NCBI GenBank assembly: GCA_016186695.1
Contig: JACPLC010000007.1
Coordinates: 11,928-75,927 of the forward strand
DNA length: 64,000 nucleotides
Source of the DNA: Candidatus Kaiserbacteria bacterium
GTDB taxonomy: Bacteria; Patescibacteriota; Minisyncoccia; Phycocordibacterales; UBA2100
Reading direction: 5' to 3'
A model generated the notes under the pieces. It saw nothing but the letters and a program-made list of their open reading frames with translations, was not told where the DNA came from and made no database searches. A program made the translations under genes and the position numbers. Below, one piece after another: positions 1 through 8,476 of the stretch; positions within the stretch are counted from its first letter, which is position 1; the number at the start of each line of letters is the position of its first letter.

Positions 1-1
1 C

Positions 2-1363
2 GCGCAGAAATACGACCTCCCGGTCATACAGGTGATCGACGACAGAGGCATCTTGCTTCCCATCGCAGGAGAATTTGCCGGCATGCATATCAAGAAGGCG
101 CGACCCGCGATAGTTGAAAAACTTAAAGCAAAAAGTCTTCTGGTAAAAGTCGATGAAAACTACGTACACAACGTGGCGACCAACAGCCGCGGCGGCGGCG
201 TGATCGAGCCGCAGATAAAGCGGCAATGGTTCATCGCGGTGAATAAGGCGGTGGAATTTCCCGATGGCAAAACGATGACGCTCAAAGAGAGGATGCGCGA
301 AGCCGTCGAAAGCAGCGCGATCAAGATCATGCCCGAGCGCTTCGAGAAGATTTATTACCACTGGATAGACAACCTACGCGACTGGTGTATCTCGCGGCAG
401 ATTTGGTTTGGCCACCGGATTCCTGCTTGGCATCATGAGCCGAAGTGTATTCCTATATCCGGACGCGAGGCTGATATCTCGAAATGCATCCCGATCATCG
501 TGTCGCGCGAGAAGCCGGAATGTCAATTCTGCGCGGCAGCGTACGAGCAGGACCCCGATACGCTCGATACATGGTTCTCGTCGGGGTTGTGGACTTTCTC
601 GACACTCGGATGGCCTGAAGATACGAAAGATCTGAAGACATATCACCCGACGAGCGTTCTCGAAACAGGCTACGACATTATCTTTTTCTGGGTCGCGCGC
701 ATGATCCTCATGAGCGGATTTTTGCTCGGCGATATTCCCTTTCGTAATGTGTATCTGCACGGTCTCGTACGTGATGCTAAGGGTCGCAAGATGTCGAAGA
801 GCTTGGGCAACGTCATCGATCCACTGGACATGGTGAACAAGTACGGTGCGGACGCCGCAAGGCTTAGTCTCATCATCGGAGCGGCAGTGGGTAACGACAT
901 CAAGCTCTCCGAGGATCGCGTGCGCGGGTACAAGCATTTCGCCAACAAGCTCTGGAACATCGCCCGCTTCGTGTTGGAAAGTGACAGAGATCCGATGAGG
1001 TCAGACCTCATCGGTTCGGACCAGCGCCTTGTTGACGAGGTCCAGAATGTCGTGAAGAGTGTTTCTGAGCATATCGACAAATTCCGCCTCGACCTCGCTG
1101 CCGATCAGGCCTACCACTTCGTGTGGGACCGCTTCGCGGCAGAAATCATTGAAGAGTCCAAGCCGATTCTCAAAGCCGGCGGCGAACCCGCCGCTTCTAG
1201 AAGCTATACGCTATACGCTATCCTTCTGACTTCCCTCAAACTTCTGCACCCATTCATGCCCTTCGTCACCGAGGCGATCTGGCAGGAACTCCCTAGCAAA
1301 GAATCCGATCTTCTCATGGTCGCCAAATGGCCCTTCGACTCCGCTCAGGGCAAATTCGTATGA
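2..1363 (+). CDS. valS: Valyl-tRNA synthetase, C-terminal ~450 aa (5' end lies off-window)
   Basis: Class I aaRS KMSKS motif (KMSKSLGN) and ValRS-type block WCISRQIWFGHRIPAWH; TGA stop at 1361-1363 immediately followed by next ATG. Confidence 0.9.
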   Translation, partial: AQKYDLPVIQVIDDRGILLPIAGEFAGMHIKKARPAIVEKLKAKSLLVKVDENYVHNVATNSRGGGVIEPQIKRQWFIAVNKAVEFPDGKTMTLKERMREAVESSAIKIMPERFEKIYYHWIDNLRDWCISRQIWFGHRIPAWHHEPKCIPISGREADISKCIPIIVSREKPECQFCAAAYEQDPDTLDTWFSSGLWTFSTLGWPEDTKDLKTYHPTSVLETGYDIIFFWVARMILMSGFLLGDIPFRNVYLHGLVRDAKGRKMSKSLGNVIDPLDMVNKYGADAARLSLIIGAAVGNDIKLSEDRVRGYKHFANKLWNIARFVLESDRDPMRSDLIGSDQRLVDEVQNVVKSVSEHIDKFRLDLAADQAYHFVWDRFAAEIIEESKPILKAGGEPAASRSYTLYAILLTSLKLLHPFMPFVTEAIWQELPSKESDLLMVAKWPFDSAQGKFV

Positions 1364-2067
1364 ATGAACTCACTCCATTTCTCGGCGCAATCGCAGGCGG
1401 GCTTTTCCCTGCCCTCGCGTGGCTGTGGTTTTGGCGACGGGAGGATGCGCCGCATCCGGAGCCGCGCAAGCTCATCGCACTCGCCTTCTTTGCAGGCATG
1501 GTCACGGTCGCGGTTGTGATTCCCATCCAGAAATTCGTTGTGACCTTCCTCGTCTCACAAACAGCCATCTTCATCGCATGGTCAGCGATCGAAGAAGTGA
1601 TGAAGTACGTCGCGGCACGCGTCACGGTTTTGCGGCGGCGCGAAGACGATGAGCCGATTGATCCGGTTATCTACATGGTCACGGTCGCTCTTGGCTTTGC
1701 GGCGCTCGAAAACGCGCTCTTTCTCCTCTCTCCGCTTTCAGGAGAGACGGTGGTGCAGACGATTCTCACGGGCAATCTCCGCTTCGTGGGCGCCACCCTT
1801 CTCCACGTGCTTTCCTCGGCGGTCATCGGCGTCATGCTCGCGCTCTCTTTCTACAAGCCGAAGCGTACGAAGCGCCTGTATGCCATGGGCGGAGTTATCC
1901 TCGCCATCGCTTTGCACTCGCTCTTCAACCTTCTTATACTGAACACGGCAGAAGAACACATCCTGCGCACATTCGGGCTCGTATGGCTCGGTCTTGTGGC
2001 GCTTCTCGCCGTGCTAGAATACATAAAACGGATCCATCCGGTGCTCAAAAGCAAATTTTCACGATAA
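1364..2067 (+). CDS. PrsW-family intramembrane protease-like membrane protein
   Basis: Multi-TM protein with EE..K (SAIEEVMKY), FA..EN (GFAALENALF) and H...N (HSLFNLL) motifs typical of the PrsW family. Confidence 0.55.
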
Positions 2068-2071
2068 CCAT

Positions 2072-2557
2072 ATGGCCAAAGGCTTTTTATCCAAACTCAC
2101 CGGCTCGGGCGACGAGTACGACAACTTTTTTGACGATCCGAAGGCAACGCGCGCAGTTTTTGAGGGAGAAGGCGGAGAGAGGCACGCTCATCTCGGGCCC
2201 CGCACCAACTCTCAAGACGACGAACCTGCGGGTGAGCTCGCCGTCGACGTCTACCAGACACCCGATGCAATCGTCGTAAAAGCGCTCATCGCAGGCGTCC
2301 ATCCCAACTCCGTCGACATCTCCCTCACGCGTGAGATGCTCACCATATCCGGCCAGCGCGCAGACGAGCGCGAGGTGGATGAAGAGCACTACTTTCAGCG
2401 TGAACTCTACTGGGGCTCCTTTTCGCGAACCATCCTTCTCCCCGAAGAAGTCGACGTCGATCTGGCCGAGGCCTCCGAGCGCCACGGCGTCCTCATGATT
2501 CGCCTCCCGAAAATCAACAAGAAGCGGCAGACAAAGTTGAAGGTGCGCAGCCGCTAG
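2072..2557 (+). CDS. Hsp20/alpha-crystallin family small heat-shock protein
   Basis: Alpha-crystallin domain pattern (AVDVYQTPDAIVV...ISGQR...GSFSR...LP..VD...A....GVL.I.LPK). Confidence 0.8.
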   Translation: MAKGFLSKLTGSGDEYDNFFDDPKATRAVFEGEGGERHAHLGPRTNSQDDEPAGELAVDVYQTPDAIVVKALIAGVHPNSVDISLTREMLTISGQRADEREVDEEHYFQRELYWGSFSRTILLPEEVDVDLAEASERHGVLMIRLPKINKKRQTKLKVRSR

Positions 2558-2574
2558 GATATACTCTACCGATC

Positions 2575-3294
2575 ATGCCCGAAACGCAGAGCGTCTTTCA
2601 AAAGTATTTGGTCCCGATAGCAATCGTAGTTGCCGGCGCACTTATCGCCGGAGCAGTGTATTTCTCGAATAGCGGAGGCTCTGGCGCGCCCGATGGCGGA
2701 CAGCCGCCATCTGTCAACGTCAAGGACGTTAAGATTCAGGCAGATGATCCTGTGATCGGTGACAAAAATGCCAAGGTCACACTTGCCTACTGGTTCGACT
2801 ACCAGTGCCCTTTCTGCAAGGCATTCGATGTCGGTGGCATCCCGCAGATTCCTATCGAACCCTCGCTTCCGACCTTGGTGAAAGACTACGTCGAGACCGG
2901 CAAACTCAAGATCGTTTTCAAGGACTACGCGTTCCTCGGTCCCGACTCTGAAACCGCGGCGCTCTACAAGCACGCAGTATGGGAGCTGTATCCCGACAAA
3001 TTCTACGAGTGGCACGAGGCGATGTTCGTAGCGCAAGACGAGGAGAATGGCGGCTTTGGCGACGAGGCGTCAATTCTGGCTCTTTCACGGAAGATCTCCG
3101 GCCTTGATGCCGAGGCCCTGAAAGCGAAGGTGGCCGAAAAGCGTGAGGCCTACCTCGCGTTCATCGATGAAGACCGCGCCGAGGGCGCAAAGTTTGGCAT
3201 CCAAGGCACCCCCGGCGTCATCACGGGCACAACCCTTATCCCCGGAGCCGACGACTTGAGCACGTTCAAAGCAGCAATCGACGCGCAGCTCTGA
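2575..3294 (+). CDS. DsbA-like thioredoxin-fold thiol-disulfide oxidoreductase, N-terminal TM anchor
   Basis: N-terminal hydrophobic helix; CPFC active-site motif (YQCPFCKAF); DsbA-like length. Confidence 0.75.
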   Translation: MPETQSVFQKYLVPIAIVVAGALIAGAVYFSNSGGSGAPDGGQPPSVNVKDVKIQADDPVIGDKNAKVTLAYWFDYQCPFCKAFDVGGIPQIPIEPSLPTLVKDYVETGKLKIVFKDYAFLGPDSETAALYKHAVWELYPDKFYEWHEAMFVAQDEENGGFGDEASILALSRKISGLDAEALKAKVAEKREAYLAFIDEDRAEGAKFGIQGTPGVITGTTLIPGADDLSTFKAAIDAQL

Positions 3295-3358
3295 TTTTTT
3301 GGAACACTTATAGGAAAAGGACGCCTCGCGGCGCCCTTTCTTATGCCTTGTCGTTTCG

Positions 3359-3973
3359 TCACGCCGCAGCCATCTTATACAATGCGCGGCATGTCCTGAT
3401 TCGTGCGTTCCGATTAGACCATGGTCGAAGCACGAAGGGGAATGCGAGCATAATCAGAGTCAACGCCATGAAGAAAATTGCCGTTCCCATTCCCCTCGGT
3501 TCAACGCCGAAGATGTAGGCCAGCCCGGCGAGCACGAGGAATACACCGGCGGCAACGCCGAAGCCAACGCGCTCGCCACGGCCAATATTCCATTGGGCTT
3601 GCGGCTCAATCCGCGCTTTCGCCATCTCGATAATATGCGGCGCGAGCTGGAACGGCTGATTTTCTGTCACCGTTCCGAGCGCAGAACTGATTGCAAGCGG
3701 TGCTTTCTTGCGCCAGCCGACAACGTAACGGTTGCCATCGGCGAACGTATAGAGCTCGGCGCAGTCGTAGTACTGGTCACGAACCGTGCGAATGATCTCG
3801 AGAATTGTCGCTTCCGGCAGGATAGTGAAATTGCCGAACGGTTCCACGCCTTGCGTGAAATGGAATTTTCTACGACTCTGACACGCCTGCTTTAGCACAG
3901 TCATTTGATCTGGACTTATCAGACTGTCGGTTATCGGCATTGTTGTCATCCTTATCCAAGGCTCGTCCCGCAT
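3359..3973 (-). CDS. Hypothetical protein, ~130 aa soluble N-domain plus two C-terminal TM helices
   Basis: ORF only; hydrophobic segments FGVAAGVFLVLAGLAYIF and AIFFMALTLIMLAFPFVL; immediately downstream of the nuclease gene on the same strand. Confidence 0.5.
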   Translation of the reverse strand: MRDEPWIRMTTMPITDSLISPDQMTVLKQACQSRRKFHFTQGVEPFGNFTILPEATILEIIRTVRDQYYDCAELYTFADGNRYVVGWRKKAPLAISSALGTVTENQPFQLAPHIIEMAKARIEPQAQWNIGRGERVGFGVAAGVFLVLAGLAYIFGVEPRGMGTAIFFMALTLIMLAFPFVLRPWSNRNARIRTCRALYKMAAA

Positions 3974-4001
3974 GGGACGTGTACAAGCCGAGAAGATTCA
4001 A

Positions 4002-4826
4002 CTACAAAGATCGGTCATCGGCAAGCCCAAGACGGTAGATATTGAAAGAATCCTCGCCCTCGAACATATCCGAGGGATTCGGGAGATACGCGCGCGGACG
4101 TGAGATTTCCGCAGTGGCGTCGGTGATGAGGCGGTGGAAAAGCGCGAACTCCTCTTTGTAATCCGAGTAGTTGATAACGTACCGGCGCATTTGCGAGCCG
4201 CCGTCGGCGTTCCTGCGCTTTTTGCACTCATGCAGAATGAATCGCTTCACCGGCTTTTTGAAAAGTTCGCGCACGACGTAGTAGTTGAACATCGCCTGAA
4301 TGATAAAAAGCGGTTTATCTTTTTTCAGAGTACTGAACGAATCCACAAACTTGTGGTCAATGATGTCGAGTGCTTTACGATCAGCCTTCGAGCGCACGAC
4401 AAGATCGGAAACTGCTTTGAGCGGGAGTGGCAACCCTTCCACCTCGACAGTCCCCTTCACCTCGACGCCCACAACGTCATACCTTGGCGGCCGTTCGAGG
4501 TAGAACGAAATCGCCTGTAGGTACTCCCGTTCCATCCCCTGCCGCTTGAATTTCTTAGCGCGACGCGAACGTGCCTTGCCGAAATTTATTTCAAAATCCG
4601 GCACGTTGCGCAGATACTCAAGCCCAAGCTCTACGGCACCCTCCTTCGCAATTCCTCCATAAAAATGCTGAAGAGCGACGTGCCCCGCGCGGCCGACCAA
4701 AGATGAGGGCGAGCTCGGAATATCATATACGCCCTCAACGTAGCGCTTGTACCACGCCAAAGGATTCCGCAAGAACGTCACGAGCGAAGAATGACTCCAG
4801 TGCTTGATCGGCAGAGTCATGGACAA
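4002..4826 (-). CDS. PD-(D/E)xK nuclease superfamily protein (Cas4/RecB-like N-terminus without a Cys cluster)
   Basis: N-terminal HWSHSSLVTFLRNPLAWYKRY block typical of PD-(D/E)xK/YqaJ-like nucleases; DIIDHK motif; no FeS cysteines. Confidence 0.5.
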   Translation of the reverse strand: MSMTLPIKHWSHSSLVTFLRNPLAWYKRYVEGVYDIPSSPSSLVGRAGHVALQHFYGGIAKEGAVELGLEYLRNVPDFEINFGKARSRRAKKFKRQGMEREYLQAISFYLERPPRYDVVGVEVKGTVEVEGLPLPLKAVSDLVVRSKADRKALDIIDHKFVDSFSTLKKDKPLFIIQAMFNYYVVRELFKKPVKRFILHECKKRRNADGGSQMRRYVINYSDYKEEFALFHRLITDATAEISRPRAYLPNPSDMFEGEDSFNIYRLGLADDRSL

Positions 4827-4840
4827 AACTATAGCATCGC

Positions 4841-4869
4841 TTGACTTTTGGCTTACTTAGTGCATAATT
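4841..4869 (+). promoter_or_regulatory. Sigma70-like promoter, TTGACT-16/17-(C)ATAAT
   Basis: TTGACT at 4841-4846, CATAAT/ATAATT at 4863-4869. Confidence 0.5.
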
Positions 4870-4900
4870 TTCCCATCGCCAACTAAACCGTGGAGGTTCT

Positions 4901-5008
4901 ATGCTGACGAGGTGTGTGGACCGGTTCCTTGATTGGCTGGAAAAAGTTGTTCGTCCAGCACTCATCACCGGTATCAAACCGTCTCCCGCCGCGCGGGAAG
5001 ACGAGTAA
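4901..5008 (+). CDS. Predicted small protein (35 aa, MLTRCVDRFLDWLEKVVRPALITGIKPSPAAREDE); not in the ORF track
   Basis: GGAGG SD at 4892-4896, 4 nt before the ATG at 4901; upstream promoter; TAA at 5006-5008 followed by an intrinsic terminator. Confidence 0.35.
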   Translation: MLTRCVDRFLDWLEKVVRPALITGIKPSPAAREDE

Positions 5009-5041
5009 ACGCTCGTTGAGACGAGTGTCCGACATCAAGCT

Positions 5042-5070
5042 CGGCCGTACGCGGCCGGGCTTTTCTTTTG
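5042..5070 (+). terminator. Rho-independent terminator (CGGCCG-tacg-CGGCCG stem then GGGCTTTTCTTTTG)
   Basis: GC hairpin followed by a T-rich run on the + strand. Confidence 0.55.
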
Positions 5071-5105
5071 CAAAAAAGAACGCCGGTGGTGCAAGACCGC
5101 CGGCG
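5071..5105 (-). terminator. Rho-independent terminator for the converging minus-strand gene
   Basis: Hairpin CGCCGGTGG-tgcaaga-CCGCCGGCG; the A-run 5072-5079 on + gives a U-run on the minus transcript. Confidence 0.45.
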
Positions 5106-5135
5106 CTGCCGAGAATCGGCAAACTGGCAACTTTT

Positions 5136-5612
5136 TCAATCGAGCATTTTCACACGCCACCCCGGGTTCGGACACTCTTCGAGTGTCGCAGAACGGATTC
5201 TCCCCGAGAAACAGTAGCGCCCCATCCGCCGCCGCAAGACGCTGGCTGCGATGATAGCGCTCCGCTCTTGGTGTTCGTCATTCCCCGGATGACCGAGACA
5301 GTCGTGATGAGCAACGATGGCCAGCACGTCAGGCCGATGGAACAGAAGATGCATCGCGATCTCCTCCTCCAGCGCGAACCGGCGCACATCCTCCATCGTC
5401 GTATTGGCCGATGCCAGGCTGTCCAACGACGATGGCCTATGAACAGCGCTCGAATCGGAGAATAAGCCAACAACTCCAGGACGGTGGAGTGGAATAATCC
5501 TTTCAACGCCCAGTTCCTTCTTGAACTGCGCGTTGATAGCGTCTGCCGCATCTGCAAGCCGCGGATCGCTACAGCTGATAACGACCGCGGTAGTCTTTTC
5601 ACTGGCTTCCAT
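5136..5612 (-). CDS. Hypothetical protein with beta-carbonic-anhydrase-like CxDxR ... HxxC motifs (tentative)
   Basis: SCSDPR and HHDCLGH motifs; the RNAGN-type motif is missing, so the assignment is weak. Confidence 0.3.
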   Translation of the reverse strand: MEASEKTTAVVISCSDPRLADAADAINAQFKKELGVERIIPLHRPGVVGLFSDSSAVHRPSSLDSLASANTTMEDVRRFALEEEIAMHLLFHRPDVLAIVAHHDCLGHPGNDEHQERSAIIAASVLRRRMGRYCFSGRIRSATLEECPNPGWRVKMLD

Positions 5613-5748
5613 TCCTGCCCCCTCTCAGGGTTTCGGGTTTATGGGAACTCGTTTCAGGTTGCCAAATACGCGTGCAACTGGATGGAGATTGTACGCACTT
5701 CTTCAAGAGCTGCAAGGAGTTATCCCCTTTTCAAGAATGTCAGGTTCA

Positions 5749-6573
5749 TTAGGTCTTTTCTACTGAAAACTTTCCTGTTTCGCCGTCGATGGTGATGGTG
5801 TAGAGAGGCAAATCTTCGGCAAGCGCTTCTTTCGTCCGTTGGAGTTGTATCTCGGCGATTCGCTTCAGCGTGTCCTCTATCTCGACTTGATGCTCTTTCG
5901 CCTCACTCGAAGTTCCCGCCAAGACTTTTGCCAATTCAGCGAAACGCTGTTCCGCCAAATCGCTTTGGTATACAAACACCTGCGTGGCACCGGAATCCAG
6001 TTTTGCCTGTCCGTCGAGCGCCCAGACTTTCCCGCTCGCATTGTTGGCAGAGCGGATGACCATCACCGCGCGCTCCCGGTGATCGCCGCTGAGCACATCA
6101 GGTTTGATCCCCTCTGCTTTCAGCCCCTCGATCGTCTTCCGGAAGAAATCCACTTGTTCTCTGTCGAGAAAGTAAGAATTGGGATCGCCCGCGAGAAGTC
6201 TGCAGTGCCCGCAGCCATCAAACGCCGTACCGCTGTGCTCGAGTGCATGCTGGTCGGTGTGGTAGTTGAATTTCTCCTTGCCGCCAATAACTTGGAACAC
6301 AGCATCGCGTATAGCCTCGTTCGAGACCTCGATTCCCTTACCCCTCATACGATGCGCAAGTCCGAGTCCCGCCGCAAGGAGCCCTGCGTCTCCCCCGGGC
6401 ATGGCAATTGCCGCAGAACCCTCGGGATAGCGGCCGTCGATGCAGCGCGCCCGCATATCATCTCTACGTATCTCCCGCAGGGCCTTCTCCGCGAAAAGCG
6501 ACGCTTCGGCGAGCGAAAGTCCTTTTAGCTCCTCGGGACCTTGATGCTTTGGTTCCATGTACTCAAGCTCCAT
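5749..6573 (-). CDS. Hypothetical protein (CIDGRY...GCGHC motifs; function unknown)
   Basis: ORF only; co-directional with the neighbouring 5136-5612 gene. Confidence 0.4.
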   Translation of the reverse strand: MELEYMEPKHQGPEELKGLSLAEASLFAEKALREIRRDDMRARCIDGRYPEGSAAIAMPGGDAGLLAAGLGLAHRMRGKGIEVSNEAIRDAVFQVIGGKEKFNYHTDQHALEHSGTAFDGCGHCRLLAGDPNSYFLDREQVDFFRKTIEGLKAEGIKPDVLSGDHRERAVMVIRSANNASGKVWALDGQAKLDSGATQVFVYQSDLAEQRFAELAKVLAGTSSEAKEHQVEIEDTLKRIAEIQLQRTKEALAEDLPLYTITIDGETGKFSVEKT

Positions 6574-6681
6574 ATCTTGTAAGTATATAAAGGCAAAATG
6601 TACTACAAGTTGTGACGAATGAGAAGTTGCACTATATGCTTATTCGCGCGAATTAGAACATAGTTAGTTGGCACCAATCAT

Positions 6682-7308
6682 TTGGACAAACACGAGAGAG
6701 AAGTATACATTCTAACGATGGGGTCGACCGCGATTCAGCCTCCGTATATTCCCCTCACCCAGCAGCGGATGTGCTGTGTGCCCTGCGCCGTGCAGTGGGT
6801 CCTTTTGCGGCGCAGACTGCCAATCTTCACGCAGGAAGAGATCGGCAAGGTTCTCGAGCTGACCGTCCCTCCCAAGCATAAAAAACTCTTCGGCCATCAT
6901 GTGAAGGTGAGCACAAAAATGCCCCCACACGGCTGGGGCGCAAAGGCCGACGAGGATGAGCATCTCAATGCATTCTTCAGAAAACACCGGCTGCCGCTTC
7001 GGGCGAAGCACGTAAAACACTCGGAACTGAAGGAGCCGGAGAATCTCGTCGAGAAAAATATCAAAAAAGGTAACGACGTAATGTTCATCACCTTCATGGG
7101 CGTTATCAACAAAAAATACCGCTGGGGGCACGCGCTCGTGGTGAGCGGGATCACGCGCGATAAAAAGACGACTGTCACCGTAGGCGATCCCAACTTTATC
7201 GCCCCGAAATTCTACGACCTTCCTCTGGAGAAACTCATCAAGGGAATGAGCAAGAAACACGGCAAGGTCGAACGCGGCCTCTACATATTTTCAAAAACCC
7301 GCAGATAG
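6682..7308 (+). CDS. Hypothetical protein, possible papain-like (C39-like) cysteine peptidase fold
   Basis: QQRMCCVPCAVQWVL (Q...C) and YRWGHALVVSGI (H) resemble the C39 catalytic Cys and His blocks; tentative. Confidence 0.35.
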   Translation: MDKHEREVYILTMGSTAIQPPYIPLTQQRMCCVPCAVQWVLLRRRLPIFTQEEIGKVLELTVPPKHKKLFGHHVKVSTKMPPHGWGAKADEDEHLNAFFRKHRLPLRAKHVKHSELKEPENLVEKNIKKGNDVMFITFMGVINKKYRWGHALVVSGITRDKKTTVTVGDPNFIAPKFYDLPLEKLIKGMSKKHGKVERGLYIFSKTRR

Positions 7309-7376
7309 ACCTCGTTTGGACAAACCCCCGAAAGACGATAGAATCTTTTCGGCAATGTCAACCATCGGGTGATGTT

Positions 7377-7583
7377 ATGAGAATGTTCCTACTGCTGGTC
7401 GCGCTGGCGACGGCGCTGATTGTTGGAATCATCGCCTTCGTATTCGGCTTCTTCGATGGATTCGTCGCAAACCCCGTGCTTAGAGTCGGGTCCGTCGCCA
7501 TATCCATCTTCTGCGGGTTCTTCCTCGTTGTGTTGATCGACCTCCTGTCGATCCATATCCGAGAACGCAGAATTTTTCGGTGA
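7377..7583 (+). CDS. Small membrane protein (68 aa, two hydrophobic helices)
   Basis: ORF followed by a strong intrinsic terminator. Confidence 0.4.
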   Translation: MRMFLLLVALATALIVGIIAFVFGFFDGFVANPVLRVGSVAISIFCGFFLVVLIDLLSIHIRERRIFR

Positions 7584-7601
7584 AGAACGGGAGGCGCAAT
7601 A

Positions 7602-7637
7602 ACGGCCGGACGACCATCTCCGGCCGTCCGTTTTTTT
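7602..7637 (+). terminator. Rho-independent terminator (ACGGCCGGA-cgaccatc-TCCGGCCGT then ccg-TTTTTTT)
   Basis: Perfect 9-bp GC stem and a T7 run. Confidence 0.7.
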
Positions 7638-7676
7638 GGCAGGAAAGTTTAATCTTGCTACTTATTATTTGCTTAG

Positions 7677-7686
7677 TTGCGCAAGT
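7677..7686. promoter_or_regulatory. TTGCGCAAGT palindromic-core motif, copy 1 (within 18-nt direct repeat GCTTAGTTGCGCAAGTTA)
   Basis: Overlaps the arsR stop codon; 16 of 18 nt match copy 2. Confidence 0.35.
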
Positions 7687-7952
7687 TAGAAAAGGGTCGA
7701 GAGTGCCTTGTATGTGTCGGGCGAAGATTCGGCAATGCGATAGTAGACCTGAAGACTCCGTTGTTCTTTTTCCAAAAAGCCCGCTCGCTCGAGCATCGAA
7801 AGGTGCCGAGACGTCGCGGTGAGCGACAGGCGCAACACGTCTGCGATTGCTCCTACCCCCATCTCCTTCCTCCGCCGCAGCATGCTAACTATCGAAAGCC
7901 GCCGACGATTGGCGAGCACTTTTAGCTGCCTCTCCAAGTCTATTACCCTCAT
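7686..7952 (-). CDS. ArsR/SmtB-family wHTH transcriptional regulator (start taken at MRVIDLE)
   Basis: ArsR-type HTH: LANRRRLSIVSMLRRRKEMGVGAIADVLRLSLTATSRHLSMLERAGFL. Confidence 0.75.
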   Translation of the reverse strand: MRVIDLERQLKVLANRRRLSIVSMLRRRKEMGVGAIADVLRLSLTATSRHLSMLERAGFLEKEQRSLQVYYRIAESSPDTYKALSTLF

Positions 7953-7973
7953 ATATGCCCAATACTTGCTTAT

Positions 7974-7983
7974 TTGCGCAAGT
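7974..7983. promoter_or_regulatory. TTGCGCAAGT palindromic-core motif, copy 2 (GCTTATTTGCGCAAGTAA); candidate ArsR operator
   Basis: 22 nt upstream of the arsR start in the divergent region toward the 8102 gene. Confidence 0.35.
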
Positions 7984-8101
7984 AAACAAGTGGTGTTTTG
8001 GGGACAGTGTGGACACGTACCATTTGGACCCCGGTACCACAACGCTCCGCGTTGGCTACGGGGCTAGGCAAACCCGAGGCGGAAGTGTAGCATTTCGCAG
8101 T

Positions 8102-8476
8102 ATGGCTGAACTGGATCAACCTCAAAATTCCATCGAATCTGACCCAAACCACTACTCCGTTGTCGTTGATGGAGACAAAGACATCATAGACGAAACACGA
8201 AAAGGACATTTGAATTGGGAGATTACTATCGATATGCAGAAAGGTAACATATATATTGGAGGCGATCATGACAATACGCCGAAACGCTATAACATTCCTA
8301 TTACAGCGCGCTGCGACGCGATTGCAAATATTGATCTCCAACAAAACAGTGTAACAATTCCCTCTTTGTTTGATTGGCGAGGAAACCGCGCAAGAATAAT
8401 TAAGGGTCCCATCAAAGATGCGATTCTTGTTGCTATTAAACGAGATCTATTGAGACCCACCTCGCCAGAAAACTAA
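8102..8476 (+). CDS. Hypothetical protein in an AT-rich (~42% GC) segment (start taken at MAELDQ)
   Basis: ORF; composition very different from the ~57% GC surroundings; divergent from arsR. Confidence 0.4.
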   Translation: MAELDQPQNSIESDPNHYSVVVDGDKDIIDETRKGHLNWEITIDMQKGNIYIGGDHDNTPKRYNIPITARCDAIANIDLQQNSVTIPSLFDWRGNRARIIKGPIKDAILVAIKRDLLRPTSPEN

